Shown here piece by piece: positions 11,374 through 24,586 of a DNA stretch of 59,545 bases. The stretch comes from Acanthaster planci (taxonomy: Eukaryota), in contig NW_019091360.1 in the NCBI RefSeq assembly GCF_001949145.1, positions 211,396-270,940 of the forward strand, written 5' to 3'. The notes below the pieces were generated by a model. The model was given only the letters and a program-made list of their open reading frames with translations. It was not told the origin of the DNA and did not search any database. Position numbers and translations under genes: made by a program. Every line of letters begins with the position of its first letter. The first letter of the stretch is position 1.

Positions 11374-12830
11374 ATGGCGAAGAGTGGACAAGGTCGGAAG
11401 AGAAAGGCTCCCGAGAGCGCCGGAGCGGCCGCAAAGAAGGGAAATTCGGCCAACGCTTCATGTCCTCCACATCAGACTCGGTCACAGGCCAGAGCTATGC
11501 AGGCATTGCTCGCCCCGCCATCACTGGCTGCAAGCCCGCCAGATGTACATGCGGCCCCGATGACCCCGTGGTGACAAGTCAGCCGAGTCAGATGATCGTA
11601 ACAGCGCCCTCTCGTGGCCAAGGTTCGCAGAGCATGAGCACTGCAACATGTACACCATGCCGTCCTCAGCCGATCTCGTTGCCCGTTCCAGCCCTAAATG
11701 TAGCGTCTTCGTCGGCCCCTCCGAGCTCCCTTCAGCCTATTCCAGTGCTAGTATCTCAGGGGCCCCTTCCTCAACGTTCACTCAGCACTCCGCTGCCAGA
11801 ATTAAGCCAACTTGGTCCCTCAGGAACTTGCCAGTCTTGCCAATGCCAGTCGCAAACGAGCGGTCTAGAGTGCCCGCCAGCCGTTCCGGCATCGTCAGCG
11901 CCGATCGTTCGGTCGATTAGTCATCCATCAACTCATCTTAGCGGGCGCAGTCTTGATGCTCTTCCCCTTCAGCAGGTCGTTTCTGGAGCCCCAGCTACGG
12001 TGACATCCCAACCCACAGGTGTACCATCTCTTCCACCACGACCAGGTGGAGCATGTGGGGCTGGATCCTCTCCAAGTTCAGTGGTGCCTGGCTCGAGTCA
12101 CCGCCCTCTTGGTGAGTATGGCATTCCTATTCAGGGGCCTCCTTTTGCTTGGCACAACACCACTACACAAGGGGTGGACGAGGGTTCTTTAGTTTCAGTT
12201 TGTCATCCCTTGGGGGCTACAATTCTAGCTAGTACTAGAGAGAGGATCATAAAAAGTGAATTCATTGAATGAGATCTGCTTCTGGAGCGCCACTTTCACA
12301 GTTCCCCCAATTCAAACCTCACACTTAGTTTTGACAACTCTGGGCAGTTACTATTGAAAGACACCAAGAAAAAGCCCCGAATTACATCTATTTTGGGCTG
12401 GACGGATGCTTTTCTTGTCTTTTCCTCGATATTTATCGGTGCGCACCCTGAGCAGGCCCAAGAACTCCTTAAGTACATGCATGTGATTAGGATGGCCGCA
12501 GCGCGGTTTGCGGGTAAGGGCTGACTAGAATACGACCGCCAATTCAGGTTGCGCCAACAATTCCACCCTAACAGATCCTGGGCTATCAATGACGGTGAAC
12601 TGTGGGCCCTGTTAGTGACCGCCCCCGCTGGCCCCAGCTTCAGCCTTGGGACCCAAAAAGGGGGTCAATTCTAGCTTTCCCAAGCAGCGCCCTTTCAACT
12701 CCTTTCGTGGCAGGGCTTCATCCCATGGATCCGGATTTTGTTTCGCATTGAACCGCACAGGGTGTACCAATTCCCAATGCAAGTACGCCCACAAGTGTTC
12801 CTCCTGCCAGCACAGAACAACAAATCTAGC
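11374..12830 (+). pseudogene. Ngaro gag-like ORF (frameshifts and stops)
   Basis: Basic N-terminus MAKSGQGRKRK, Pro/Ser-rich region, PLG..RERIIKSEFIE, WTDAFLVF, LLKYMHVIR, EYDRQFR, and a C-terminal Cys/His finger CFALN..CKYAHKCSSC. Confidence 0.8.
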
Positions 12831-12899
12831 GTCTCCCGCCGCTAAGGTGCTACTTCCCACTCCTAGTCCGTGTAACCCAAATATCTCAACAACCTGCAT

Positions 12900-14410
12900 T
12901 AATAAAACCCACTGTTTATGCTGCCTAGCATATACTCCAGTACAGTTGTCTGCTTTATTACCATTTCTTGACCAGTACCCTAATAAAGAGGCTGCGACGT
13001 GCCTACATAATGGGTTTTCCGCTGGGTTCAAACTGGGGTTCCAAGGAGCAAGGACTAGTTTTGATTCTTCCAATGCTCAATCTGTTCACAAACAGAATTT
13101 CCCCAATAGGGCTTGTCCCAAAACCGGAACCAGGACACTATCGTCTTATACATAATTTGTCTTATCCAATATCTGGGTCAGTTAATGAAGGGATCGACAC
13201 ACAGCTTTGCACGGTGCATTACACAAGTTTTGATCATGCAGTCGACTTGGTAGTCGGGGCAGGAAAAGGTGCATTTTTGGCTAAAGCAGATGTAAAATCA
13301 GCATTCCATCTGCTCCCCGTTCACCCTGACGTTTTTTATCTCTTGGGCATCAAATTGCTCAATCACTTTTAAGTTGACAAACCTCTGCCAATGAGGGCTT
13401 CCTGTGCCCCTGCCTTGTTTGAAACATTTTCCACCTTTCTCGAATGGGTGGTAAGGAAAGAGTCGGGTACAGATCGTATCTGTCATTATGTGGATGATTT
13501 CTTGTTCATAGGGAGTTCAAACTCATCAGGAGGTATCTCCTGCCTGGAAATCTTAAACTGTTTCAGGAAAGTTTGCAAAGAGTTTGGAATTCCGTTGGCA
13601 GAAGACAAAACAATCGGCCTGTCCACTAAGCTGACGTTCCTTGGACTTGAGATAAATTCAGTAACCCAAATGGTTTCGGTTCCAGAAACGAAACTCCAAA
13701 ACATCATAGATAAGGTTCAGTCTGTAGCTCAGTCAAAGAAAGTTACCTTAAAGTCCCTGCAGTCCCTCATTGGTTCCTTGTCATTCCTGTGCCGTGCTAT
13801 TCCCCCTGGGTGGGCACTCCTGAGACGCCTCATTGACCTACTCTCAGGTGTTAAGAAGCCCTGGCACTTCATTCAATTGTCGTGGGGTGCCAAAGCCGAC
13901 CTGAATAGGTGGCTAGTATTTCTGCGTAGTTTCAATGGAAGGGCTATCATTCCAGATCGGTTTTGGTTGGAAGACACCGACCTGCAGTTATTCATGGATG
14001 TAAGCGGTGGCATCGGGTTTGGTGGCTACCTCAATGGAAATTGGTTCTGTGACACTTGGCCCCAGTCCGTTTTGGCTGATTCTCGGTCAATCGTATGGCT
14101 GGAATTCTTTCCGGTAGTTGTTGCACTAGCTCTGTGGGGCAGGTGTCTGACAGGTAAGCGGATTATCATTCGCTCTGACAACAAGGCTGTAGTTGCTATT
14201 GTTAATAAACAGTCTTCCAAGTGCCCTAAGATTATGCATTTGGTAAGATTCTTTGTCCTGCGGTGCGCCTCTCGGACAACGTCTCCTTCAAGGCCACTCA
14301 CATTCCAGGTGTTAAAAACCAAATTGCTGACACCTTGTCTCGTTCCCAGATGATCCAATTTCGGGAGCTGGCTCCACATGCGGCCATTCAGGGTACGGAA
14401 ATCCCAGCCT
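12900..14410 (+). pseudogene. Reverse transcriptase / RNase H of Ngaro copy 1
   Basis: SPIGLVPK, YRLIHNLSYP, KADVKSAFH, HYVDDFLF, LTFLGLEINS, LQSLIGSLSF; RNase H LFMDVSG, LEFFPV, RSDNKAVV. Confidence 0.92.
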
Positions 14411-14419
14411 TCCTTTGGA

Positions 14420-15325
14420 AAATTTAATGGGCGAGGCAGAGTGACTCCTCGGAGCTTCCATGGCCAGCAGCATGTGGGTGAGATACAATAGAGGGGTTTC
14501 ACTGTTTCAAGAATTTCGCCTTCAAACCGGCTTACAGACTTGCTGGCCGGCTCCATATGGCCAGGTTGTGGCATTCATAGCTCATTTGTCCCTGCAGGGC
14601 CTGGCCTCCTCCACAATTAGTTCCTACACCTCTGCTATTTCGTTTGTTCACAAAATACACAACTGGCCCGATCCAACTAATAACTTCTTGGTTCAAAAAA
14701 TTAGGGAGGGTTGCCGACGGCAGCCTCATCAGCCAGACAGCCGTCGCCCCATCACAGCTGGCCTCTTGCAGAAGATCTACACCATATTAGGCCACATCAC
14801 TTCATCGGATTTCAAACTTTCCTTGTTTTGTTCTGCTTTCCTCTTAGCGTTCTATGGGTTTTTACAGGTAGGTGAGTTTACTGAAGGCAGTAAACATGCC
14901 GACAGCTCTCGCACTCTGGGGCTCAATGATGTTTGGTTTGAGGGCTCCGATCCATTAGTCATGACTATAAGACTCCGTTTTTCCAAAACCGATCAGCGGG
15001 GAGAGACTGCAACTCTCCGTTTTCATAGTACGCTCCCCCCTTCCTGCTGCCCAGTACACTCACTAGCAGGCTATTTGCACAAGCGGCCCACTTCAGGGGG
15101 GCCCCCTATTCATCCACTTTGATGGATCCCCCCTAACCGCCTTTCAGTTCCGTCACATGCTCAAAAAGTCATTGGAAGCAGCAGGAGTTCCCTCAGCAGG
15201 CTTCAGCGGTCACAGCTTCCGCATAGGAGCCGCCACATCTGTGGCCCTTAATGGTATTTCAGTCTCAGAGATTCAGACTCTGGGTCGTTGGAAGTCCCAG
15301 CGGGTCTAGTTAGGAAAATATTTCA
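14420..15325 (+). pseudogene. Tyrosine recombinase of Ngaro copy 1
   Basis: AFYGFLQVGEF (catalytic R>Q), RFSKTDQ, CPV, then after a frameshift GHSFRIGAAT and LGRWKS. Confidence 0.9.
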
Positions 15326-15438
15326 TTCCTTTAATGCTAAGTACAATTCATCAGGTATTACCTGGTCAATTAAATTGACTTTAACACTGGGTTTTGGAAA
15401 GAACTTTGCTCTCGTTTCCTTATTTTATTTATCCACAG

Positions 15439-16014
15439 GCACTACACGCACATGGGTAATTGGAGACAGCATCGTCTTCAGAGCCAGTCAGTCCGACCCT
15501 CGATATTCAGCTACACAGTGCCTCCAGTGGTTTGGCATGAGGGGAGCAAAACTGATAGAGCTAGTCCCCATGCTCAACCGTCTTTTGAAATCAAGGCCAG
15601 CGCCTAAAACCCTTGTCATTCATCTGGGTACAAACGACTTGTTCTCAACCCCGGTCAGGGAGCTACGTCGTAAGATGAAAATGTACCTCTTTACTGTTCA
15701 GGAAATACTCCCGACCACTCGTATTGTTTGGTCAGATATCTTATATCGATTGTTTTATTATGGGGGAGACAAAAAATGTGGTTGGCAAGACCAATGTTCG
15801 TGCTTTAAACAAGTTTGCTCACAGAGTTTGCCACCAAATCGGCAATGCCAGTGCAATCATTCATGCACACAACATAAATGCATCAGATCAATCCCTATTC
15901 TGGCGCGATGGTCTACACCTCTCCGCTGTTGGCAATATAAAATTCTGCGAGAATTTGCACAACGCGCTGGCCTTCTTTTCACTCTATCCAGATGCACCTT
16001 GTTACCCAGCTTAA
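15439..16014 (+). pseudogene. SGNH/GDSL hydrolase domain of Ngaro copy 1 (one frameshift ~15770), preceded by a 3' splice site
   Basis: Blocks WVIGDS, GMRG, IHLGTNDL, RDGLHLS. A polypyrimidine tract plus CAG ends at 15438, and there is no suitable ATG before block I. Confidence 0.85.
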
Positions 16015-16679
16015 TGTTTAGGGGTTTCACACACCCCTGGGAGCCGTACCGGTTTGACTATTTAGTCTGGTTAATTTTGTTTTTTTTTTGGGGGGGGGTT
16101 GGCAAGTTTCCTGAATGTCAATTTGTTTGGTGGTATGTCTATTCAATTTGAGTAGGAAATGCCCCTTCTCCAGCCTGGGGACATCTTCCCGGGGCTAGCC
16201 TCCCTGCACCTTGGGGAGGTGGTTTTGGGAAGGAACCCTCCCATTGGGAGGCGGAGTCTACCAGATCGCTACAGGTTAGCAATTTTTCCCAAATGGGGTC
16301 TCTTTTGTTTAGTTTTCGTTGAAGCACAGGGCTGTTCCAGGCGACAGAGCATTCCTTATTTTGATCAAAGTGTTGCTTTCTTGTTTCAAATACAACCAGA
16401 AAACTGGTAAATCTGATCACCAATTAAAGCCCAGCTGGCAGTTTAGTTCGAACTTCATCTGATCTCTTACATATTTTAATACTTTAAATCATGTACTTGT
16501 TCAGTGTTCTTGCTTGTTGAAAAAGTTTGGAAAAAAGTCAAGAAAATAAATTCGGTGGTGGACAACCAAAGAAACGGCAGAAAGTTGTCTCTGTATTCTC
16601 ATTTCCTCTGGAGCCAAAGAGGTGTAAGGCAGTAATGAAGGCCATACCACCCCTATTACAGTGTTTTGGTATGGAATTC

Positions 16680-16860
16680 GACAATGAAGTTTGGGTTTAC
16701 TGGTAAAGCTATGGAGAGTGGTTGATGATTGTAGAGAATCATCCAGACTGTTCCAATATAAAGTACCACACCGGGTAACAGTGTTTTGTAACATCCAGCC
16801 TTATCAGATTTGAAGTTCTCAAAGGGTCTCTGCCATGGAATCTGTTTTTGATACAAACCT
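16680..16860 (-). mobile_element. Short LINE (L2/CR1-like) ORF2 C-terminal fragment
   Basis: GTLYWNSLDDSLQSSTTLHSFTSK resembles the WNSLP..SL..FK tail of LINE ORF2. Confidence 0.45.
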
Positions 16861-19097
16861 TGAAAATGCTCTTGTGTGTCTCAGTTAAACCTCATTTTAA
16901 ATTTTTGTTTGACAATTTTAAAGGCAGGGATGAAATTCATCCTAACTTTTCCATATTTTGGATGTTTGGAAAAGTGTGTTAAGGATGCATTGATTTTCTA
17001 TTGATTGAAAGGTCAGGTGCAAAAAGATGCATTGAAGTAGAAGACTTTTCAGTAGAAAAACAAAAAAGGGAATTGCTCTTTTGACTTGGATGAACAATGT
17101 GCCTTGCCAAGATTCTGACAGTTCCATCTTTTTCAAAGTTGTTCTTATGTAAAGACAGAGTGACCAGTTAATCATGCATGTATGTGTGTGCAGGCATGGC
17201 ATACATAGTGTGGAGCTCTGCACAAAAGAAGTCCACATAGTGTAGGGTGGGATGGCGTTGGGTGTCTTTGTATGGGTGTGTGTGATTTTGTTTCTGCATT
17301 CAATTGGGGACCCTGAACAATAGAGGAGAATAAGGTCCCTGACTGACAACTGTGTGTATTGTGCAAATACACACTTCTGTGTGTGTGCACAGTACACTAC
17401 TGAAACCAAACTAAATTTCCAAAATACCAAACATTCCCCTTGGCTCCCAATTTACCATATTCTTTAACAGAATATTAAAATTGGAATAAATAGAATTAAA
17501 ATATATTTGAGACTTATAACTTGAAAGCTAAAGAAAACTGAGGGTTCTAATTCAAGCAACCAAAACATCAAACAACTAGAAAACCTACTGAAGTCAAAAG
17601 TTGAGCTTTGCCAGATTTTCAAAAATCTGATTTTGCGAACTACATAACATGTCGAAATATTTCTGCATTTTTTTACGGTTTCATGAAGATGCTTCGGGGT
17701 TGCCAAAGTTAGGAATGTATTCTGATGACGCGGGGGCACTGGCTCCTGGCTATTTCATGTTGTTCTTACTATTCTTAGTGGCAAGAACCTGTGCATGTTG
17801 TGCACCATGTTCTTCCACCACACTACGTGTGCAATGCAAGTTGTTTCACATTTGAGGGAAAGCCTGCAGAGTTTGCACACTGCGAAACAAGACAACTGTT
17901 TTATACATGTACTATCAAAGATGCCAACACTGAGAATGAGGAATCTGTGAGGTCGCCCAAAAAAGAGAGAAATTCTATGATTACGTATTTTGGTATGAAT
18001 ACTTACAGTATAGCCTGCACTGGTACATACGTGGCATCATGCACACACTTGGTATAACGGTATAAGGAAAAGGATCCCCTTAAATAGGCTCTGCCAAAAT
18101 CTGCTTACAATCTTAACTATTCTAAGAGGTCAAAGATTTTGGCAATCACGGTCAATTCTTTATCAACACATGTGGTGGCCAAGCACATTAAACTTCACCA
18201 GTTTCACTTTTGTATATTACTCTCCTTCGTTTTCTTTCTAATCACCATACTGTGCAATGCGACAAATACTGGTATCCAGCCCCGTGCATAAACTTACATT
18301 TGCAAAGTACCTGTGCACCAGTTGAGAATTTCGCTGGCCATCACACTCAGTGCATCCTTACATACATGTACATTCGGTAATTTTTCAAATGCCTTATGGA
18401 TCACCAATAGTGAAATGACATGAAACTAAAACTAAAGAAGCTGATTTAACTTGGCATGGGCTTTAACTGACTATTTCGGCATAAAAAGTTCCCAAGCAAT
18501 ATATCAGAAACACATAAACATAATATGAATGAGTTGGACCCTTGATGTACTGCATGCGTGTACACTGTGTATTACAGCTGGTTTGGCGGGATGGGACACA
18601 TGCGTAAAGGTTGGTCAGTTTCATAAATGGGTAAGAAATACGACAAAGACGACAAAAAAGAATTATTCCTGCCTCAAAATTGGCTTTAATATAACTGCAA
18701 AGACTGGCAAAATGCAAAACCAATACAAATATTCATGGAATTTTTTTTTAAATTTGTTTTAAAATCTGGACGGATTTAAAAGGTGGCCATAAGTTTATAA
18801 AGTTGACCTTCAATCCTGAAGCCTTCCGGTGAAATTGGAAGGATTGGCATCACTGTATTATGACTCTATACACCCTCATTTACACAAATATTTATGATAA
18901 GAATTAATACACTGTTAGATGACATGTGCACGTCACGGAGATAGATATAATAATGACCTAGAGGGCGTACTAGCCTGAATGCTGTGCCGAAAAGGAGCAA
19001 ACAAAAGTCTGATCACACTAGCGCTATTAGTTGGCCGTGCTCGCTCGTGCTGTGATTTATCTTATCTTCTCCTACCGTAAGAACATCCTAAAGAAAT

Positions 19098-19170
19098 ATG
19101 CCTGAAAGCTGTGCAGCTTCTGGATGCACCAATCAGCGAAAGAAGGGAATTGGTGTTTCATTTCATAATT
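19098..19170 (+). pseudogene. THAP-domain N-terminal remnant (likely from a DNA transposon)
   Basis: MPESCAASGCTNQRKKGIGVSFH matches the THAP start (M..C.A.GC.N...SFH) and is followed by TTAAGT, possibly a mutated donor. Confidence 0.55.
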
Positions 19171-19541
19171 AAGTAGACGCTAGCCTAGGCCCTCACCATG
19201 CTAACATGAGGCCTATTTTCCTAATGATTATGTTGTGGTTATCATGGTAATTTACAATTTATACAAACCTTAACATTAGGCTAAATTTGGCATGTTTGGC
19301 ATTTGCTATCTTAGTCCAAGTAACGTAAGTTTACCTGGGGTTTTGGTCGCCTGACCAAACAACACACACTAGTGACATAGTGGCAAAAATTCTTGATATT
19401 GATGAAGGAATTTTTTATTGGGCCCTTCATGCCTTTTGATGCAGTGATATTTATGATTTTGAAGAGATGATAGATTTACAGTGGAAAAAATGCTTTCTTT
19501 CTGAAGTATATGCTATCAGATTTTATGTATGAATACCTACA

Positions 19542-19625
19542 GACCCGTAAACAGGGCCGATGTATACTCCTCCATTATATATTGTCTATGACGGAGGAGT
19601 ATACGTCGGGCCCTGTTTACAGGTC
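19542..19625. repeat. Foldback hairpin / miniature palindromic element
   Basis: Arms 19542-19573 and 19593-19625 are near-perfect reverse complements around a ~19-nt loop. Confidence 0.75.
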
Positions 19626-21521
19626 CAGTATACTTATAGACTGACAATGTAGGTACTGCAAAATACCTGCAAATCATTTTTTGAGATTTGAGGAAGGTGA
19701 GCATGGTTTTGTTTGGAGATGAATTTCGGATGATTTTGAGCATGTACCAGTCACGCCAGCCTATCAAAATACTAATGTCAAAGTGGCTAATGACTGAGGA
19801 CAAAATTTGTTTACTTCATCATTCATGATTGCTGACATGTCTGATGGTTGATATCCCAATTTGTGGAAATGTGGTAGGGATTAGGCCTGTGTTTGTATTT
19901 GTAGCTTTTCTCGAATGGGATTCAATGAAATGTAAATCTAGCAATGGCTGTACATACATGTACATGTACATGTGTGCAGCAACTGAGCTGGAATTTTAGG
20001 CAATACGTATATTCATAAATTCAAATAGCCTCCTTTCTCAGAATTGGTGTGATTTGGCGACTTTTTTTTAATGACATCTAACGTTTGTGGTCTAGATTTT
20101 GTTGTCCAAAACATTCACTTGTCAATAGACCCACTCTGCATTAATGTTCCAAAACTTCCCAAATAGAAAATATGCAATTTTACTTAATGTGTGTGTATGT
20201 ATGTCAGAATAAACAGTATTCGAAATTCAAGACTTTATGACCCAAATAATTAGGCTTCAGTGCTGCAGACATCGAGCAGTCCCATATGGCGCCTAAACGA
20301 ACATGATATTCATTTTTGCAGATTTTGCTAAGCCCCTTGCTGGCTCAAATATCAAGTTCGAATCACAGGTATTGACTCTAGATACATGACTGGACAGTCA
20401 CAATGTTGTTTCTGCCACCTGTCTCATATAAGGTGTCATGTCCGTTACGCAAAGTGTCATGTCCGTTATGCCATTTGTATAAAACTAGAAGTGGTAAGGA
20501 AAATGAAAATTAACACATTACTTTTTAAAAATATTTAAGAGCTTAAGTGCAATTTGAAGCATTACTTTTTTCACTGAAGTGAACATTTTTCATGGAATTG
20601 CCCAAGTACACCGCATGCTTTTTGTCAACGTATACAATGTACATTCTATGCATGCATGTTGTGTACATGTATATCAATTCTGTGAGATTTTAAAACAACT
20701 GATCAGGATGACATGACATCGAAATACACTTTCAGTGGGTTTGCAAGCATCTGGAAAGAAGGATTTTTGTGTTTTAATAGGCTTATAGATTTTTATGGAA
20801 AAAGTGAACGATTATCAAGGTAAATATAAAGCAAGGCAAAACTGGCCATGAGGAGGGAGATTTTTGGGAGACACCTCAGCCAGTGAGAAGGGCAACAACG
20901 GCACTGGCCGTCGTTCATTTCAAGGCCTGGATATCTCACTCACATTTTTTTCAAAAGGGTAAAGAGGAAAAGTTAACACAAAATTATTTTTAATTTTTTT
21001 TTACACTCAAATGATTTGAAAGGCAAAATGGTGTGCTCTCAAGTGACAAAAGAAATGATCATTTTGCCAAACAGGAAAACCCCTGGCCCTGCCCTGACCA
21101 AGCAAGAAAGCATACAGAGGGCTGTGTGTGTCGCGCTGCGGTGTGTGCCGAACAAAAGAATTGCCACCAAAAGGACACAGTTTTGGTGGTTTATTTTATT
21201 GATAAGTAGAATAGAAAATTTTTCATAAGAAAAACATGCAATCACAGCAAACTGATGATATTACGATTTTAAAAGAAATTTATTTTTTTATATAAGGAAA
21301 CAACCACTTATACCATCTCCAATAGCTGCAGTGGGGATAAGTAGGGTTGCTTGTGCAATGCGAGCTTGGGAACTTGTTTGCTCAAAATCCAGATAACTCA
21401 AATTATCCTATCCATTCCTCTGAGGTTCACGTTATTAAGAATTTACTGTAAGTTTTTTTCCTGACAGGTGACTGGCTTGGAGAAAGATCTGATGAGGTAT
21501 GCACCAACTGAGGAGTTTCTA

Positions 21522-22070
21522 TGTTAACCACATGCTGCCCGGGAACCCGGTTTTGGGCACATAGGCTGAATACACAAAGCCGGGGAGCCTGAAACTGGAC
21601 AAAAGAGCTGGGCCTTGTAACAAAAGACCGTACTACAAAAGACAGAGCAGCTGGCAATCCCCAATATTTTTTCAGTTGTCAATAGCGGAGTAAATCCATC
21701 CTTGTTTTGAAAGATAATACCACTGTTTGTGGCATTCAGCCCAAGCGGATTACCACCGGGGACAAAAGCGTTCCAACGATGAGTGATACAATACTGCTGC
21801 ACACTAAAATGGCCCCTATGCCCCTTGAAAAGACATCAGCAGAGCACTGTGCCAGTTTATAACACCGCACAATCTGGGCTCTTTTACAAGGCTGCAGGCC
21901 TGGCTGAAATACTCCGGCATCAATAGATGTTGCCTATCAGATTACAGTAGCCACCAGACAGTCCTTCATGTGGGTGTAAACTTCCAGTAAATAAAGTTAT
22001 GATTTTTTTAAGAATTTGGAAACAGAAAAATTCGGAAATAGGTACATGTACATGTATACGTCATCCAACT
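21522..22070 (+). repeat. Dispersed ~550-bp repeat, copy 1 (partner at 54591-55146)
   Basis: Colinear by eye from TTAACCACATGCTGCC to GTATACGTCATCCAACT. Confidence 0.85.
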
Positions 22071-22338
22071 TCATATTCCACCTTGCAGCAAGTGGTTCAC
22101 ATGCACAGGGAAGATGAATGAGTATCCCCCGACAATTTAGGTAGGATACTACTGTGGAATTGTTTTCACCTGAATGAAGTTGTTTAATACGCTGTTGGGT
22201 GTATGTTGGAGGGCTTTGAGAACTGTCAGAAGCTCCAATTGGTTGATGTGAAGGTGTTGTTCCAATGGAGACTATTCTCATTGAATCTCGTCATGATAAC
22301 CATGAGTGATAATGACCGACCTATGGCCATATCGGAAA

Positions 22339-22498
22339 CAGTGTTGTAGTCAAGACTATCCCAAGACCAGACACAAGATAAGTCACAAGTGACATGGTGA
22401 AAAATGACAGTTCATTTGAATAGCTTTTGATTTGAATTCAGACTGGAGGTCTTGTGCTGGTCTTGTGAATGTCTTAAGTGGTCTCAACTACAACACAG
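22339..22498. mobile_element. Old hAT-type MITE
   Basis: TIR CAGTGTTGTAG / CTACAACACAG with degenerate 8-bp flanks ATCGGAAA / GTCCGAAA; same TIR start as 56941-57575. Confidence 0.6.
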
Positions 22499-24586
22499 GT
22501 CCGAAACAGGCTTCCAGGGGGACGGCTTCAAGTTACTCTATTGTCTATGCATCTCTGCGTATTTCCAATGGAGCGAAGACTTAGACCTATAGCTCTAGAC
22601 AACAGAAACTGACACAGTACAAGATTTCATCATGAGTCATCGGTGGTTATCACTCATCAGGGAATCTTTGGTTGAGGAAAAACCTGAACCAGATTGTACA
22701 TTCTTACAAGCTTCACAGTTTATCATTATGTTGGAGTTTCAGAAATAATCAGAAATTAGAGTTTAATGATGGCTTCAAGCTCAAAAGTAACAGACCCTAC
22801 TAAAAAGGTGAAACGTGAAGTAAGTTCAGGTCAAAGAGGTAATCAGAAAAAGAATTAAAAGACTGGCTTCTATCAAGAGGTACATTTATGTATATTCTAG
22901 CCCCACATTTAGGGCTGTGGGGCTATGTATATTCCTGCAAATTGGATTTGGATAACATTGTCTCCCATCTTAAGTTTTACTGCCTAAAAGATTACTGAGA
23001 CAAATGACTTGCCCAGTGCAAACTGTGTTTATTTTTTGTTTTCTTTTAAATGAAGAATAAATGTACTATATCCTCTTTTTCAGTGCAATGAAATCATACA
23101 CACTTTTAAAGTGTGCTAAATTGCATAATTTGCACCCCAAATTCAGAAAGATCTTAACAGGGGAGGAGGACATTCACAATGTGTGCTGTCCCTTATTTCA
23201 GTTTCTAAAATCTGGTCACCCTGGGTAAGGAGGAAGTGTTGGAAATATGTTCTGAAACGCCAAGCATGAATAAGACAAATGTGAAACTCAAGTATGTGTG
23301 CGAACTCTGCGTGTGTGCTGGAGAAAAAGGGGTGAGTTACCTATGGAATTTTGGTATGTACAGCCATGAGGCACGCAGTGTTTATGGGGTGATATCATGG
23401 TCTTTATTCTTTTCAGCAGAAGTGCTTTCATATGGGCATTGGAAATGCATTTGTAAGTATCGGAGGTGAGAAATTTTCTGTAATGGATTAAGTTTTGCTA
23501 CTTTGAATTTTCAATCAAATACACACACGTGAAAATAGACTTACGTGGTACACTATACCCGAATCTTATAGTGTAAGCATTTTGTCATGTGCTAACCTGT
23601 TTCTAAAACATTTAACAATATTCAACAGTTTCCAAAACATTTAACAATATTCTACAGTGTATGGAAGCAGCTGCCAAATTGAAACATTTTGAGATTTAAT
23701 TGTGCACAAAACTTTGGGTTTACATGTATTTCGAAACTTACGCTCCAATATATTGATGATAAAAAGCCCCAAGAAGTCTGAACTCTCGCACATACTGATC
23801 CAGATCACATCACAATTTATTAACAATACCACAATGTACAATTATGCACGCTGGGTACACATGCATTGTAAGAGATTCTAGCCCAGTGCAGCCGTTGTCA
23901 AAAACAATTACATGCACATTAAAACATGCACATATCGTTCTCTGTGCATTACTGCATGTGAAACGGTCCATCAGGCTCAATATCATCAATGACAACTTGT
24001 CACAACTCAAGCACATATTGGCCTTCATTATTTACATTGTATTCAGAATCAGGCATATGTATAAAAACTGTACATGTAATTGTTCAGATGGAGGAATAGA
24101 GGTGGACCAGGGAGGCCACTTGTGTGGACCACAGCAGCATATTTATTCCAGAGTGAGTGACCGTGTAGGAAAATATCCTCAACATGCATGTGCTGTAATG
24201 TATGCAAGGTCACAAATGTTCAGATATCTCTACAGTACTGTATACAGGTCATAACCACATGGGCACATTTTTTTCACTCACTCTTAAGGGAGTTAGGTTC
24301 TGAAGAGAGCTGGTTCCCTCCAGAACTTCACTTACACACATAAGAGATCCACATGCTGCCAAAACAAACCTTTATTTCATTGAAATGTCCATCAAACAAA
24401 CCTATCGTGCTTGATCTCTTTTTCAAATCAGTTATATTATTTATGGTCAAAAGAAGAAACTTGGCCACACTTAGGAAAGTCATGACAAATTTAATAATTA
24501 TATTGTAGTGAACTGGAGGTAAAAAGTAAGAATGAATTTCAACCAATTTCCTCCTTGCTGGAATACATTGGAAAAAATCCACTTAC

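Larger units (their letters stand above)
11120..16470 (+). mobile_element. Ngaro-type tyrosine-recombinase retrotransposon copy 1 (near full-length, decayed; ends approximate)
   Basis: Order gag, RT, RNase H, YR, SGNH hydrolase, with no methyltransferase. ATTAAA near 16423. Confidence 0.9.

Noticed and set aside
15288..16151. 287-aa ORF as a standalone gene
   Set aside because: Chimeric reading: non-ATG start, the first ~50 codons are YR end and spacer, and the true SGNH C-terminus is in the 15724..16014 frame.
11100..16480. Split direct repeats (A1...B1A2B2) expected for Ngaro
   Set aside because: I could not match 5' and 3' terminal sequences by eye in either copy, so the ends are left approximate.
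16925..18855. Possible hAT element with CAG(G/T)GATG termini and a BED-finger-like CKLC remnant at ~17.8 kb
   Set aside because: TIR match is short and no 8-bp TSD is visible.
22520..22590. Candidate next CFAP65 exon (VFAPLEIRR)
   Set aside because: In-frame stops and no compatible phase-0 acceptor.
22615..22665. Second hammerhead on the minus strand (CTGATGA...GAAA)
   Set aside because: Stem II does not close next to the core and stems I and III are not supportable.
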